This document shows, in pieces, positions 1-11,167 of a stretch of 58,771 nt of DNA; within the stretch, counting starts at the first letter, position 1; every line of letters starts with the position of its first letter. Both the position numbers and the translations under genes were made by a program. Below the pieces are notes generated by a model. The model was not told the origin of the DNA and ran no database searches. It saw only the letters and a list, made by a program, of their open reading frames with translations. This DNA is from Caecitellus pseudoparvulus (Eukaryota > Protista > Bigyra: Bicosoecida): the NCBI GenBank assembly GCA_965644315.1, contig CBFFRQ010000023.1, positions 1 to 58,771 on the forward strand, in the 5' to 3' direction.

Positions 1-135
1 TACTTCCGAGGCAGGGCATGTGTCAAGGACATGCCCACCCCAAACCCCAGAAACGCAAAGAAGTGTCGCTTAGAAAGAGCTGCCTACGACGCAGCCGCAA
101 CTCCTGCCCCTTTCGGGGAAAGGAAGCGTTCTGCC

Positions 136-500
136 CCTACGACCTGTGGAGGGGCTTGGATGGTTTGAATGCATTTCTAACGAAACACACTCACCTGGGG
201 ACCACCGAGAGCGCCACGGGGGCCATGCGCTCGACACCGGTGTGTCGCATCCGCTGGCACCCCGTGCCCGAAGGCGTTCGGCGACCGGTGTCCCACCCAC
301 GCCTGTAAGAAGGGCAAGGAAAAAACTTTGTGTTGAACCCTTGCTGGAGGATAAAGAACTCAATGCTTCCGATGTCGTGAGCGAAGGAGAAGGAGATGGA
401 AGTGCACGCATACCGAGCTTGTGCAAAGCTCTCCCCCTCCCTCGCTCCGTTGCAGAACCTGCGTTTCCGGGCCCCCTGGGGGCCCGGACAACTAAAGTTG
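136..500 (+). repeat. Structured repeat module, copy A (two hairpin domains separated by an A-rich linker); candidate ncRNA or cis-element
   Basis: Near-identical to 3699-4076, and its 3' half matches 9232-9362. Long imperfect hairpin at ~198-293 (GGGAC..GTCCC, ACGGGG/CCCCGT, GACAC/GTGTC); hairpins gagcga..tcgctc, ccgggcccc/ggggcccgg and acaact/agttgt. Confidence 0.8.
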
Positions 501-859
501 TCCTGCCTTCCAAGTCTGCGGCAATCGCGATTGAAAGTGCTGCTCATCAACCCTTGCGATATCTTGGCCGGGACAAGAAGTTTCGATGTGCAGCTAGCGT
601 GCTCTGGGGCAGGCTGTACTTTGATGTCCGGATCAGCGACGCGTACTCTGCAGCTGGCTCAGTGCAACATCAGTTTACGCTTTATGAGCTGTACTTGCAG
701 CTCCTTGATACATACCAATGTAGCCACACTCGCCACTTCAAATTTGTTGTTGTACGCGCTCTCATGCACCCTACTGTGCTTTTGTGTCACACCGTGGCGA
801 GACGTGCCCCGCGTTTCGCCCGAGCTTCGAATGTCCGCGGCTAAAGCCAAGCCTTGTAC

Positions 860-1115
860 CGCAAGATGGGCTAGGCCATAACAGTGGTCTGCACGTCGCT
901 GGAATGTGTATCTTCCACTTTTCGTCGTGCCAGGCAAAGTTGTTGAGCGTGTCTTGCACACAGTAACGTGGACTTCTTTCGAAGGACCTTGCATTGGGCA
1001 CACTCTTCATCAATCTCTCAGGAATTGAAAGACTAAGGACTTACGAACAGAGTACCTGCAGGGAAGACAACTTGGCTCGCCAAACTCCGGTGCGCACAGC
1101 CTATGCTGCAGCCAC
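860..1115 (+). pseudogene. Degenerate ORF of the unidentified 'GPCIG' family, copy A
   Basis: Translates, with a frameshift, to QWSARRWNVYLP..VERVLHTVTWTSFEGPCIGHTL / CREDNLARQTPVRTAYAAA. This matches 16350-16720(-): QWSDRIWGFLVP..VERELHTVAHSPAGGPCIGHVL..CHADNRARQLQVWHAYQKA. Confidence 0.65.
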
Positions 1116-1129
1116 CCGGCGAGTGGAAA

Positions 1130-1680
1130 AGCCTGCCCTCGACGACGGGAGGTTTTGGGTCTAGTCTGAGGTTCGGCCAAACCGTTCGCTACTCCGAACT
1201 GCTTCGCTGGAAGCAGAGCTCAAGGTATACAGCACCCCTCAAGCCCGCAGTGCCAAAGATCGCGGACACTGTGCCTACACTTTGTTTGCGTTGGCAAGAA
1301 GCGCACTTGCCGCGCGTCGCTTGGGCCTGGACGCGGAGTGTCTCCCGCACGCTGCCCGGCGCGGCTGAGGTCAACGACCTCCCCACCGCCTGGGAGGTGG
1401 CGACTCTCTTCAGGCAGGGGCTCGCGGCGGCCGCAGTTCGAGACAGACTTCTGCCAGCGGCTCCTGTCTTGTTGGAATCAATGCTCGATTCCCAGGCGGC
1501 CGCTACGATGGTCGGGAAAGGATACTCGGTTCGGTCGGAACCGACAACCGAGATGTGCAGGACCTTGGCGCTCATCCAGGAGCGCCATCGGGTGCGCATC
1601 GTTCTGAGGTGGGTGAGGCGACGGTGGAATTGGCAGGCATGTCGCCTCTCACACCCCGAAACGGTGGAGTTGTCGTCCCT
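1130..1680 (+). mobile_element. DIRS/Ngaro-type RNase H fragment
   Basis: Motifs TAWEVATL, LDSQAAATMVGKGYS and VLRWVRRRWNWQACRLS match the RNase HI of YR retrotransposons (E; D-S-x-x-A..KGxS; WV-x-R-x-x-N-x-x-A-D-x-LS). The last Asp is replaced by Cys. Confidence 0.65.
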
Positions 1681-3489
1681 TTGGTCTCCTCCCACGGCGA
1701 GATCCGAACTAGCCGGGGAAGACTTCAAAAGCCATGGACCACGTGGGATCTGGAGGTGCCTCGAGCTGGATCAGGCGACGGGCGGGAGCAGCAGCAGGGG
1801 AGACCCCTCCCTGCTGTCGCACGGGATTCCACTGCACACTGAGGTGCTGTGCGCACAGTTGTATTGCATTCGACACGAAAGCCAAAGCACCTTTGGTTGT
1901 GGGGAATTGAAGCAGCAGTTTCATGCCCAGACGACGTGCCCCCTCAGAGTTACTGTCCACGGGTACAGAGCGATGAAGGTACAGAGATCTCACGGTGTTC
2001 TCTGCGAATGAGTGGCGCTGGGACAATGGGGGTGGTCAATGAAGACACCCATCCGCGATATCAACACTGAACAGTGGGAGTGCTCATCCACTGCCTCGCC
2101 TGGGCCTTCTCCACGGCCCCACGCTCCTCAGCAGAGCGGGGTCAACGTGCCTGTCTTGGACCACGGCCGTCCGACCCCCCCCCCCCCCCCACGGGCAACC
2201 TTTGTTCGTGGAGATCGAATGTCTTCATCGCCCCTTCCGAACCTTGAGCCACTACTCTTGGCTCTCAAGCGGGCAAAGGCAGCAATGTTCAATAGGGCCG
2301 CCGCCCCCTCATCTCAAGCAGCAGCATGTTCGTGTAATTCTACACAGGACGTCATGATGAAGTGGAGTTGCAGCGCTGTACGTGATGAGGTTGAGGATCA
2401 CTCATGCTGCGGAGTTTGAATTCACCAACGGCGCTCCGCTGTACCCGCAATTCTGTCACACGCTCAGGCGTGAGAGGTCCCAGAGAGAGTCTCTTCGTAG
2501 GAGCAGGGGAGGTTGATATCTCAAGTTCACTTGCAGACTCATCGTCTCCACTGCCAGCGGCAGCCGCTGTCCGAGTGTGGCCTTCAGCGAGCACAAAACA
2601 TGAGCTGATTTCACCCTCCTCACAAGAGGGCTTGAATTCACTCTTGACGGCAGTGTTGAACGCGGCGCTTATAGATGAGCCTGAAGGTTGCAATTTCTCA
2701 ACCGAATGCTCTGCACAATACAAAATGCATTTCGGATGTTTTCATCACGTCTTGTACGGATCTGACCGTTGTTGCTAATTGTTTGCATCCATCCATACTT
2801 CAACAGGCTTAGAGCCGCAGCCCACTTTTGAACCATGATAAACATGTCATCTTGTTGTGCGTGTGCTATAATGAACAAATTCAGTTCAAGGAGTGGTCTG
2901 GTGGGTGATGGGGGAAGCAATGAAGGTGAAAGTGAAGGAGAAGGGCGATGCTTTAAATCGTCTGACTTTCGCTCAATTATGGGGCTCAAGTTGGCACAGC
3001 TATCAGGTAATACAATCTACGTACACTATACACACTGATCTATCTGTCTTTGTGCTGATATTCGCATGCTGTGACGCGAACAGGGGCTCAACTGGAGCAA
3101 GGCGAAACTCCGGCAAAACGCCAGGGGCAAAAAGAGGCCGACAACCGCAAAAACAACGTATACTGCATGGTCCTTTCACCGAGAGCTGGACGACCCTCTG
3201 TTCAATCGCTGAGCTTGTCCGCGAGATGAGCACAGCGTTGCTAAAAGAGTGTGCGGACGAGATGCGAGACACAGTCCTTGCGAGGCGCATCCACGCACAT
3301 GCCCGGAGTGGCGTACCGCTTAGACAGCGGGCTGCCAAACGGAAACCCAGTCCTAAGCTTGCAGCCATAGGCTTAGGTCACCTTCTTAACTCTGAGGCTG
3401 AATGCTGCACGTACTTGGGGATGGGCAGCAAGGCCGCGCGGCACCTCATCGACGGGGTCATCCACAGCATTCAAGCTGACAAACTTGCA

Positions 3490-3645
3490 GACCCCAAGCT
3501 CCTTTCAGCAACTGTCACATACTCCCCGGAAGTTCGGATCGCTGCTTCCGTGATGCGGGTACGGGGGGTGCGTTCACGTGAGATAAGCTTGCTATTTAGA
3601 TGCTCCTCCCAATCCGTTCAACGCTGGACTGCCGATCTGCTACCT
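3490..3645 (+). mobile_element. Transposase-type helix-turn-helix fragment, truncated at a TIR
   Basis: YSPEVRIAASVMRVRGVRSREISLLFRCSSQSVQRW fits an IS630/Tc1-like HTH pattern; it lies within ORF 2893..3870. Confidence 0.5.
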
Positions 3646-3698
3646 TACAGTTACCCCGGTGTAGATTGTGCAGTCAAATTGAAATGTTGCATTCTGTT

Positions 3699-4076
3699 CC
3701 TACGACCTGTGGAGGGGCTGGACGATATGAATGCATTTCTCACGAAACACACTCACCTGGGGACCACCGAGAACGCCACGGGGGCCATGCGCTCGACACC
3801 GGTGTGTCGCATCCGCTGGCACCCCGTGCCCGAAGGCGTTCGGCGACCGGTGTCCCACCCACCCCTGTAAAAGGGAGACAAAAGAAGAAAAAAAATATCC
3901 GGGTATCGAACCCGTAGCTTGGCGATAAAGCACAGACTGCTTCCGATGCCGTGAGCGAGAGAGAAGGAGATGAAAGTGCACAGGCACTGAGCCTGTGCAC
4001 AGCTCTCCCCCTCCCTCGCTCCGTTGCAGAACCTGCGTTTCCGCCCCCCCCGGGGGCCCGGATAACTAAAGTTGTT
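3699..4076 (+). repeat. Structured repeat module, copy B
   Basis: Aligns with 136-500; perfect stems gaacgcc/ggcgttc and gtgcacaggc/gcctgtgcac. Confidence 0.8.
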
Positions 4077-4978
4077 GCCCGAGCTTGGTTGCGCAAATAA
4101 AGAGCGACGTTGCGCTCGGGAAGCCTTAGAAGCCCCTCTGTAAGTGCGACATCAAGTTCATGGCTCTGTGGCAAGGAGCATCTTGACACACCTGTTGCAC
4201 CAATGGCATCTAAAGCTTGCCATGGCAGATACAATCCCATATCCTGTGCCTTCGGTATGCACACCGTCCGTTTTGGCACTGCATCAGCCTCAGCCGCTGT
4301 CTGAGCCAAAGCAGGCAACGCAGAGTTCAGAAAATGTTGAAATGGAGAGGACGAGTTACTTGTCATTGACGGGGTAAGCGTTGTGTCCCCTCCTGGCGCG
4401 TTGACCTGCCGTAAAAGGAACTTGTGTGCAGCCTGCAAAAAGCGAAACGCCACGTCAAAGACCAACTGACTACACACGCGCGTCAGTCCATCCAAATACA
4501 TTCTACGTACCATAAACACAAGCCCCGCAATCACGTTAGCAGTATCCTTTGGTTTAAAGCTCACTGAAACGGCGGGGCGTGCGCATTTGGTGCGGCCTTC
4601 GAAGCAGCATGAAACGCCAACGGCGGACGAACTTTTGAAGCCAGGTGTGGCACAATTTCTGGGAACTGACGAGAAACGATGCAGTGGTAGCACGAGAGTA
4701 CACAAGTACACATAGTCGCGCTGGAAAATTATGACATTGACGTGAGCAAACCTGATGAATCGAGTATGTGCTGCGGAGGTCATTGAGCAAACTCAAATTG
4801 CTAACCGAAGCTGATAGACGTGTCCGTCAGACAAGATACATTTTTGCCAGACTATTGTTGGTGATGACCCTTTCAGTCACACACACCTAAGTACCCCGCG
4901 CGCTTTCAACAAAATGATCCCAGTCACCACACAATTTGGACCCCTTGCGAAATCAGGCTATGGTACGCACCCCCTGTA

Positions 4979-5757
4979 GTGCTGAACCACATACGCGCAC
5001 ACTACCCATGGTTGCGAGTTCTCTTTGTGGTGGCCAACTGTACGAGCTTCCTTCAAGTTTGCGACGTGTCCATAGACAAACCCTTCAAGGGGCTGTTGAC
5101 TGAGCTGTACACGCGCTGGCGTGCGAGGAGAGCCGCTGCGGCAGCCGCTACCGGCAGAGCAGAATCACCGTTGGGTATGAAAGAAGCCAAGGCAGCCATG
5201 GCCCGGTTTGTCTAAGCGGCCAACTCCGCCATCCACCCTGACGTGGTTCTAAATGGAGTGCGCCGCACTGGACTGGGCAGCATTTGGACCGAGGAGGGGG
5301 CCAGCCAAGCCATCGAGGATGCCCGCTGTCTGATTGAGGACGGCTCTTTGTGGTGGCCGATCTCGCCCAAAGACTCTGTTGTAAAACGAGGAGAAGTACC
5401 AGTTGAGGTGGTGGACCAGGCCGCCGCAGATGCCAAGGCGGCAAGTGTTGGGGGCAAGACGAGAGTGCGGGAGGGGAAAGCAACTGGGACAGCCACCCGC
5501 AAGTACAAGTGCAGCGTGTGCAAGTGCGCCGGGCACACCAAGCGCACTTGCACGGCCACGTATACACTTTCTGTGGAGCGCACACCAGGCACCGCCAAGG
5601 CCCCACGCGGCCTTCCAAGCCCGACTCTGACCCTTGGACGCCTCTGCCCCCCTGAACAATGATGGTGTATAAAGAATGCACAATGTATTTACAGACACCA
5701 TACGCACCTCCACTGCCCAATCTTACACCTGCACAAACTATAACCGGGTGTACTGTA
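4979..5757 (+). mobile_element. pogo/Tigger DDE_1 transposase 3' fragment with CCHC knuckle and right TIR
   Basis: LFVVANCTSFLQVCDVSIDKPFK is the DDE_1 third-Asp motif, followed by VLNGVRRTGL and CSVCKCAGHTKRTC. In-frame stop at 5213-5215. Ends ...ataaccgggtgtactg|TA, a pogo-type TIR. Confidence 0.75.
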
Positions 5758-5892
5758 TATGTCGACTTTCTCTAAAAGCAACTCAAAAAATTTCTCAAGT
5801 TGCTTTTTCCGTGCAGACTACTGGTACATACATTTTGATTGTGCAAGATTTCATTCTGACTGCACATTCTACACAAGGGTAACTGTAAGAAC

Positions 5893-6450
5893 ATGAGTGC
5901 TTGGGAGGACACGGAGCGTTGTGCCAAGGCTGAGGAGCTTCGAAACGGTGTGAATGGGGATGGCGCCACCCTCAGCGACGGTGCTGTGCGGGTCCTGGAG
6001 GCGCACCTGGCATCCAAGCCGGTTCGGCGGAATGCGGCCGCCAACGCAATTGTGCGCGCGCTGCGCTCAGTGACAGCCCAGACTGTGTTGAACGGCATTC
6101 GTGCTTCAGGGATGTCGCGTGTCTGGGACGCGGCTACGAGGCTGGAGCTGTGGAACTTGGCACACGAGAGAGATGCAAGCGGTGCACTGTGGAGCAAGCT
6201 GACACCGCGGGGCATGCCCTTGGCCGAAGGTGTCGCTGCCGAGGCAACACCAGCACTGGTAGCGAGCGAAGGTTCTGCTGCTGGTGCTGGCGGGGGAGAT
6301 GAGCATCAGCGTGGAAAGAAGCGCCCTCGGGAACAAGGCGCGAAACAGGCCAGGACATGCGGCTGGTGCAGGCACACGGGCCACGACAGGCACAACTGTC
6401 TCATTCACAAGCAGGGCCTGCCCGCCGCCAAGGGAGCGCGGTACAAGTGA
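5893..6450 (+). mobile_element. Second pogo-like transposase C-terminal fragment with CCHC knuckle
   Basis: TVLNGIRASGMSRVW..GALW aligns with VVLNGVRRTGLGSIW..GSLW; CGWCRHTGHDRHNC. Confidence 0.6.
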
Positions 6451-6999
6451 AGTGGCAGGAGCGCTTGCCCAGGTGCGCCTAAACCACAGAATGCATTGCA
6501 GCTGCCCCATGCTCACACTTGCGGCCTGCTGCCCAAAATCAATCAACAAGACGTACTATCAACAAACGTCCAGGTACGGAAGAGCTTGCAAGAAACGGAG
6601 ACCTTTTGAGCGTCTATGAAAATGGCTTCCACCTTCTGAAGAAGCTGAGTTGCGTGCACCCTTCGGTAAGGGTTGCCATCAGTGCTGGAGTCCCGCAGAA
6701 CACAAGTGGTCAACACAGCCCTGCGCCGCGTCAAGCTCGTGCTTGGGCCGGTCGCACATTCAGGCTGGCTGCGGTTCATGCGGTCCAAATGTGCTTCGAA
6801 CTCATCATGGCCCTTGATCCTAAGCTTCTCGGGGCGTTTGTGGAAGAGCCAGACACCCAGATCGACTCTTCCAGTGAAAGCACACCTTCTCATGATGAAG
6901 CCGAAGCGACAGACGTTCTGTTGGGGAAATCCGGCAGTAATCAACCATGTGACAGCCCTGTCGATGGCACTGCACTCTCTGGTGACGGGCCTGGCACAG

Positions 7000-7591
7000 T
7001 CTCGACACCCTCCCATTTCCCGGCCACATAATCCACAACGTCGTCCCCAAGTACAACAACGTTGGGTGGCCCATGGAGAACACACAACCCACAGGAGATG
7101 TGCTGTCCGACTTGTTGAAGGCCTTGAATACATCCATACTGGCATTGAAGAACCTCTGTGCACGTGCAGGGATGCTCATGAGCTGACGTCGTTACACAAC
7201 GAAACGCCACTTTGAAGCGTATTTCAAGCCTGAACTTGGTGCCCTTTGCAGCCTGCTGCCTTGCACACTCGTAGAACAAAGCCACTACTTGCGGGTTTTG
7301 GGCCTTGGTCCACGTCTTGCCGTCTAGTCCCAAAGCGCCGTCCTCTTGCATGGTTGCAACCACATTCAAAAGGCAGTCAGAAACTGTGGATGATCCCAAC
7401 GTAGGGGTCATGTCCCACAGCATTGGGAATGCATCTGCAGCGTACATCCCTATCAGAAACGCGCGCTGGGAGCGCTCAGTACCGGCGATGTCTACAACTG
7501 TAGATATGGCGCTTTCGGGCGTGGCAGGGGTGCTTCGCCTGCTTTGCCGTGTGGGCCGTACGCTTGCCATGGCTGCAGCACCTTGAAGCAA
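7000..7591 (-). pseudogene. Unknown-family ORF (PTLGSS family), frameshifted
   Basis: SQRAFL..PTLGSSTVSDCLLNVVATMQED..WT, then in another frame QRFFNASMDVFK; homologous to 7943-8500(+). Confidence 0.55.
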
Positions 7592-7942
7592 ACAATGCAG
7601 AGCAAAAATGATTGTCGCAACGTGTCTGCAAAATGCTGCTCAACTCATGCTTGAGAAGTGTAGGTGTAAGAAGACTGCTTAGTGCATTTCGGCGTGAGTG
7701 GTGTTTGTGGCGCGCGTTTCGAAGTGAAACACCCCCCCATGCCGGAAAGTCTTAGGCCTTCTGGCACAAGGGGGATTTACTGGGGCAAAGGACGAGGGGG
7801 TCCCACGGTTAGGGGTTTGATATCACGCGCTTATTTTTGTCAAGAATGCATTTCTGCCACTGTTGCACATAAAATGACTACAGTTCGCGCAATCGTTCGT
7901 TTTCTGCAAGCTCTCTCAGCGCATCCTGCAGCAAAGCAAGTC

Positions 7943-8500
7943 ATGAGACGCACTCGGAGAGGTGGAGCAGCCGCCACACCTCCCGCATCGGAGGCCTCCG
8001 AGGGCTCCCAGGTCGACAGCGTAGCGGTGTTGGAGTCTCAACGCCATTTCCTCAAGCAAGTCTTCACCCAACAGAATTTCTCTACGCTGTACAACCTCAA
8101 ACCAACCCTGGGCAGCAGCTCGCCGTCCGACGTGCTGCTGCCCGTTGTGGCCGGCATGCGAGAAGACAAAATGGTTCGCGCATCTGGCGCTTCCTGGACA
8201 CCAGATGAGGACGCGGAAGTTCTGAGTGAGTTCCTGTCCTAGGCGCGCTCTGGAACAGGAGAGGGTGACAAGTGACGCGTGGAGGTGAGAGACATTGCGA
8301 GCACTTTCCACTCAAGTTCCGCTCTCGGGGGCGAGCCTTCACTGCCCTTCCCTTTGTTCAGAGATTCTTCAAGGCATCTGTGGATGCGTACAAAGAGCAT
8401 CATTCCATGTCAGGTTTGGGTGGGGATCCACTCCCTGTTGGCATCACAGTCAGCCTCGCGCCCAATGAGGTGGTCCTGCGACGACAGGTGCAGGGTGAAC
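7943..8500 (+). pseudogene. Unknown-family ORF (PTLGSS family), interrupted
   Basis: SQRHFL..PTLGSSSPSDVLLPVVAGMRED..WT, stop at 8240-8242, then QRFFKASVDAYK. Confidence 0.55.
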
Positions 8501-9231
8501 CCCTTCTCGTAGCAGATGCACTATCCGAGGTCGAGCAACGCGCTGTGCAGGAGCGGACTGTCTGGCAAACAGGCACAAACTGCTCCGCGGACCTGTCGGG
8601 ACAGCTCGGCCCGACTCGTGGGAGAGAATTGTACCGGCGATGCAGTTGCTTTGAGCCCCACTCGTGGAGGGCCAGTTTTAGCCCTGCCACGCTTTCCCCC
8701 CTTCTGGTGGAACCGACACCACCAGTGCCAGCAGTACGGGTTTCAGTCCCACCACTGTGTCCATCAACCTCTGTCCACTCACCACCCAATAAGCCACCGC
8801 ATTCATCGATGGTAGCAATTTCTGGTGGATCTGTGGCGCGCTGGTTCGCTACGGGATTGACCCCTGAGTATGGAGTTGCGGAAATGGGCGCTCCTGACGA
8901 TAATTGCAGCGGACAGTAGTAGCAGCGCGTACCCTCCAGCGAAGCTTGCTGACTTGGCGAAATCGGAACCCGATATCCTACATGACTTGACAAAGTATGA
9001 AGCCAAAGAACGCCGACTTGCACAAATGGCAAACAGAGGATGGAAGACAGGAATTAGACGAAGGTATGCTGAAGTCATTGCCGGTGGTCACCAGTCAGCA
9101 AGAGTCGATGGTAGCGTGTGGGTGCAACCAGACACTCGAGCTTAGGTCAAGGCACCGTTGAGCGGAATTCCTGCTTTGGCTCCACAAAGGCCAAGAGGCC
9201 GAGCATACAATGAAAAGAACCAACATGTTTC

Positions 9232-9362
9232 CTGTGCCGTGAGCGAGGGAGAAGAAGACGAAAGTGCGCACAAGCCGAGCCTGCGCACAGCCCCCCCCCT
9301 CCCTCGCTCCGTTACAGAACCTACGTTTCCAGGTCCGCATGGGACCTGGAGAACTGAAGTTC
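9232..9362 (+). repeat. Structured repeat module, copy C (3' domain only)
   Basis: gtgagcgagggagaag..ctccctcgctccgttacagaacctacgtttcc matches copies A/B; stems show compensatory changes. Confidence 0.75.
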
Positions 9363-9669
9363 CGCTCTTGAGTTCGAGGGTATCGTGCATCGGCCATGGG
9401 TCTCTCTCACTGGCACTTGGCATCGTCTCTCAAGTTCCGCGAGGAACTCAGCCCTTCGAAAAAGGCTCTCAGTGCTCATGATGGCTTGTGCAGACTGCGG
9501 AATTCCGGCAGAAAAGGTTCATGCCAATCACCGGCTTGTAGAACAAGCACAGTCCCTCCTTCTCAACATTTTAGGAGGCGTGATCACAATCACCGTCGAC
9601 TAGACAACACCGACAACACACGTGTCGTACACAGTCTGCCAGCCAGATCTTTACATCAGATGATGAACG

Positions 9670-10020
9670 CAGTGGAACTGCATGGCTCTGCAGGTGAACG
9701 TCGCCCTCTTGGACGCCCCGAGCGCGCCATGGGGTGACAGGACATGGACTGTTCTCGACCTCCATGCACGGCCTGCCCTTGCAGCAGAGAAAGAGGAAGG
9801 GGGAGGGCAGCTGGTCATGCTGCCCGCAGCATCAGATGGCGGACCGTGCATTGGTGCAGTGCAGCTTTGCGATCCATTTGGAAAGTCATCCCGTACTTCA
9901 AGACACTTCAGACAGTACAATGACTGTGTCTCTCGAGCGATCAGAAGGAAGTACTCCGAGATGGTATCCGCAGGAACTGAATGTGCTGAGTCCGATGGCA
10001 GTATGTAGATTGCGAACACT
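9670..10020 (+). pseudogene. 'GPCIG' family ORF, copy C
   Basis: PWGDRTW..DGGPCIGAVQL..IRRKYSEMVSAG..DGSM. The same C-terminal motif occurs at 8990-9140 (IRRRYAEVIAGG..DGSVWV). Confidence 0.6.
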
Positions 10021-10626
10021 GTCAGGGGTTCGGTGTTAGCGGGCACAACTAGCCCAGAGGTCTTTCGCTGCAAAGTACGAACTCGGGCGACTGAGCAGGT
10101 ACATCAGTTTGCGTTCCTCAAAGAAGCACCAGGACCGTTTGGCCCAGCAGCTGTCCAGTACCTACATACGTTGACTCCCATAGGATCTCCGGTACAGATA
10201 AGGAAGACCACATACCAGATGAAAGCTACCAGAAGATCTTCTGTCCGTGAAGCAGCTCCTCGTCATCGTCTATCGTCAGGAGCTAGGCAAGGAGCTTCTC
10301 TTCCCGCCAATCAAGTCGCAAGCGCCAAAAAAGCTGAGGCTTTACAACATTTTCACGGCGACTTCTAGGGAGTATCCTTTCATCATTGCCCCGTGTGCAG
10401 TGAGTGTAGACCATGCTGGAACACTATCGTGTCTGGAGGAGAAGAATGCCGAACATAAGAATGCCCGGTCACTCCCTTCCGAAATGTTTGACAAAAAGCC
10501 CACAGTGCATTTTCTTGCCTCACCAGGCTACAAGCTGGTCCACGCGCGGCACGCTTCACACTTGAGCGCGCTTCAGGGTGGGGGGCAGAGCCTGCAGCTT
10601 TTTCTGGGCGCCGTACGGCAGTGTGC

Positions 10627-11165
10627 CTAGGCTTCCGGCAATACCCACACACGTACTTTCGGAGTGGTGATAATAATCACGCCGGACTTGGCAGGGTTGA
10701 TGGATAGCCCCACCCGGGCTCCCACAGCTTTGACTTCCTGGAGCATGAGGTGGAGGGCAGTGGCAGATGTGGCAAGGCAGGCAAGGTCATCAGCATAGAG
10801 GGTGTGGCTGACGATGCCTGCTGGGGTTGGAATACCCACGCCAGGGATTCGTTCGTAAGCCATTTCACCTAGCCTGTGTGACAAGACATCCACGGCAATC
10901 TTGAACAGAGGCGGGGAAAGAGTTCCACCCTGTGGGACCCCATTTGTGATAGGTAGGGGCCTGCACAGACCGTGTTTAGTGTTGATGGAGACAGAGGCGC
11001 GGCTCATGTACTCCTTCACGAGAGTCAGGAGCGGGGTTGGCAGCCGGGCAGCCTCGAGGATCCCAGCCACAGCTCCGTGTGAGACCGAGTCGAAGGCACC
11101 CTTGAAGTCAACGAAGAGGACAAGGGCGTGGGAGGGTGAGCTGCGAGACCTGATGTATCCGTAGA
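10627..11165 (-). mobile_element. Non-LTR retrotransposon reverse transcriptase fragment
   Basis: LFVDFKGAFDSVSH, GVPQGGTLSPPLF, LYADDL and GLSINPAKS are canonical LINE RT motifs (domains 3-6). Confidence 0.92.
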
Positions 11166-11167
11166 CG

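Larger units (their letters stand above)
3648..5885. mobile_element. TA-flanked TIR element (Tc1/mariner/pogo-type ends) with nested content
   Basis: TA|cagttaccccggtgtagattgtgcagtcaaattgaaatgttgca (3648-3691) versus the reverse complement of 5842-5885, cagttacccttgtgtagaatgtgcagtcagaatgaaatcttgca: 38/44 identical, with TA outside both ends. Confidence 0.7.

Noticed and set aside
8870-9145. LINE ORF1p C-terminus (DLT..E...R motif)
   Set aside because: The resemblance is weak and is better explained as the local GPCIG-family C-terminal motif.
136-9362. CRISPR-like array or hammerhead ribozyme in the repeated module
   Set aside because: The repeats are long, few and kilobases apart, with no cas genes; there is no properly arranged CUGANGA/GAAA core.
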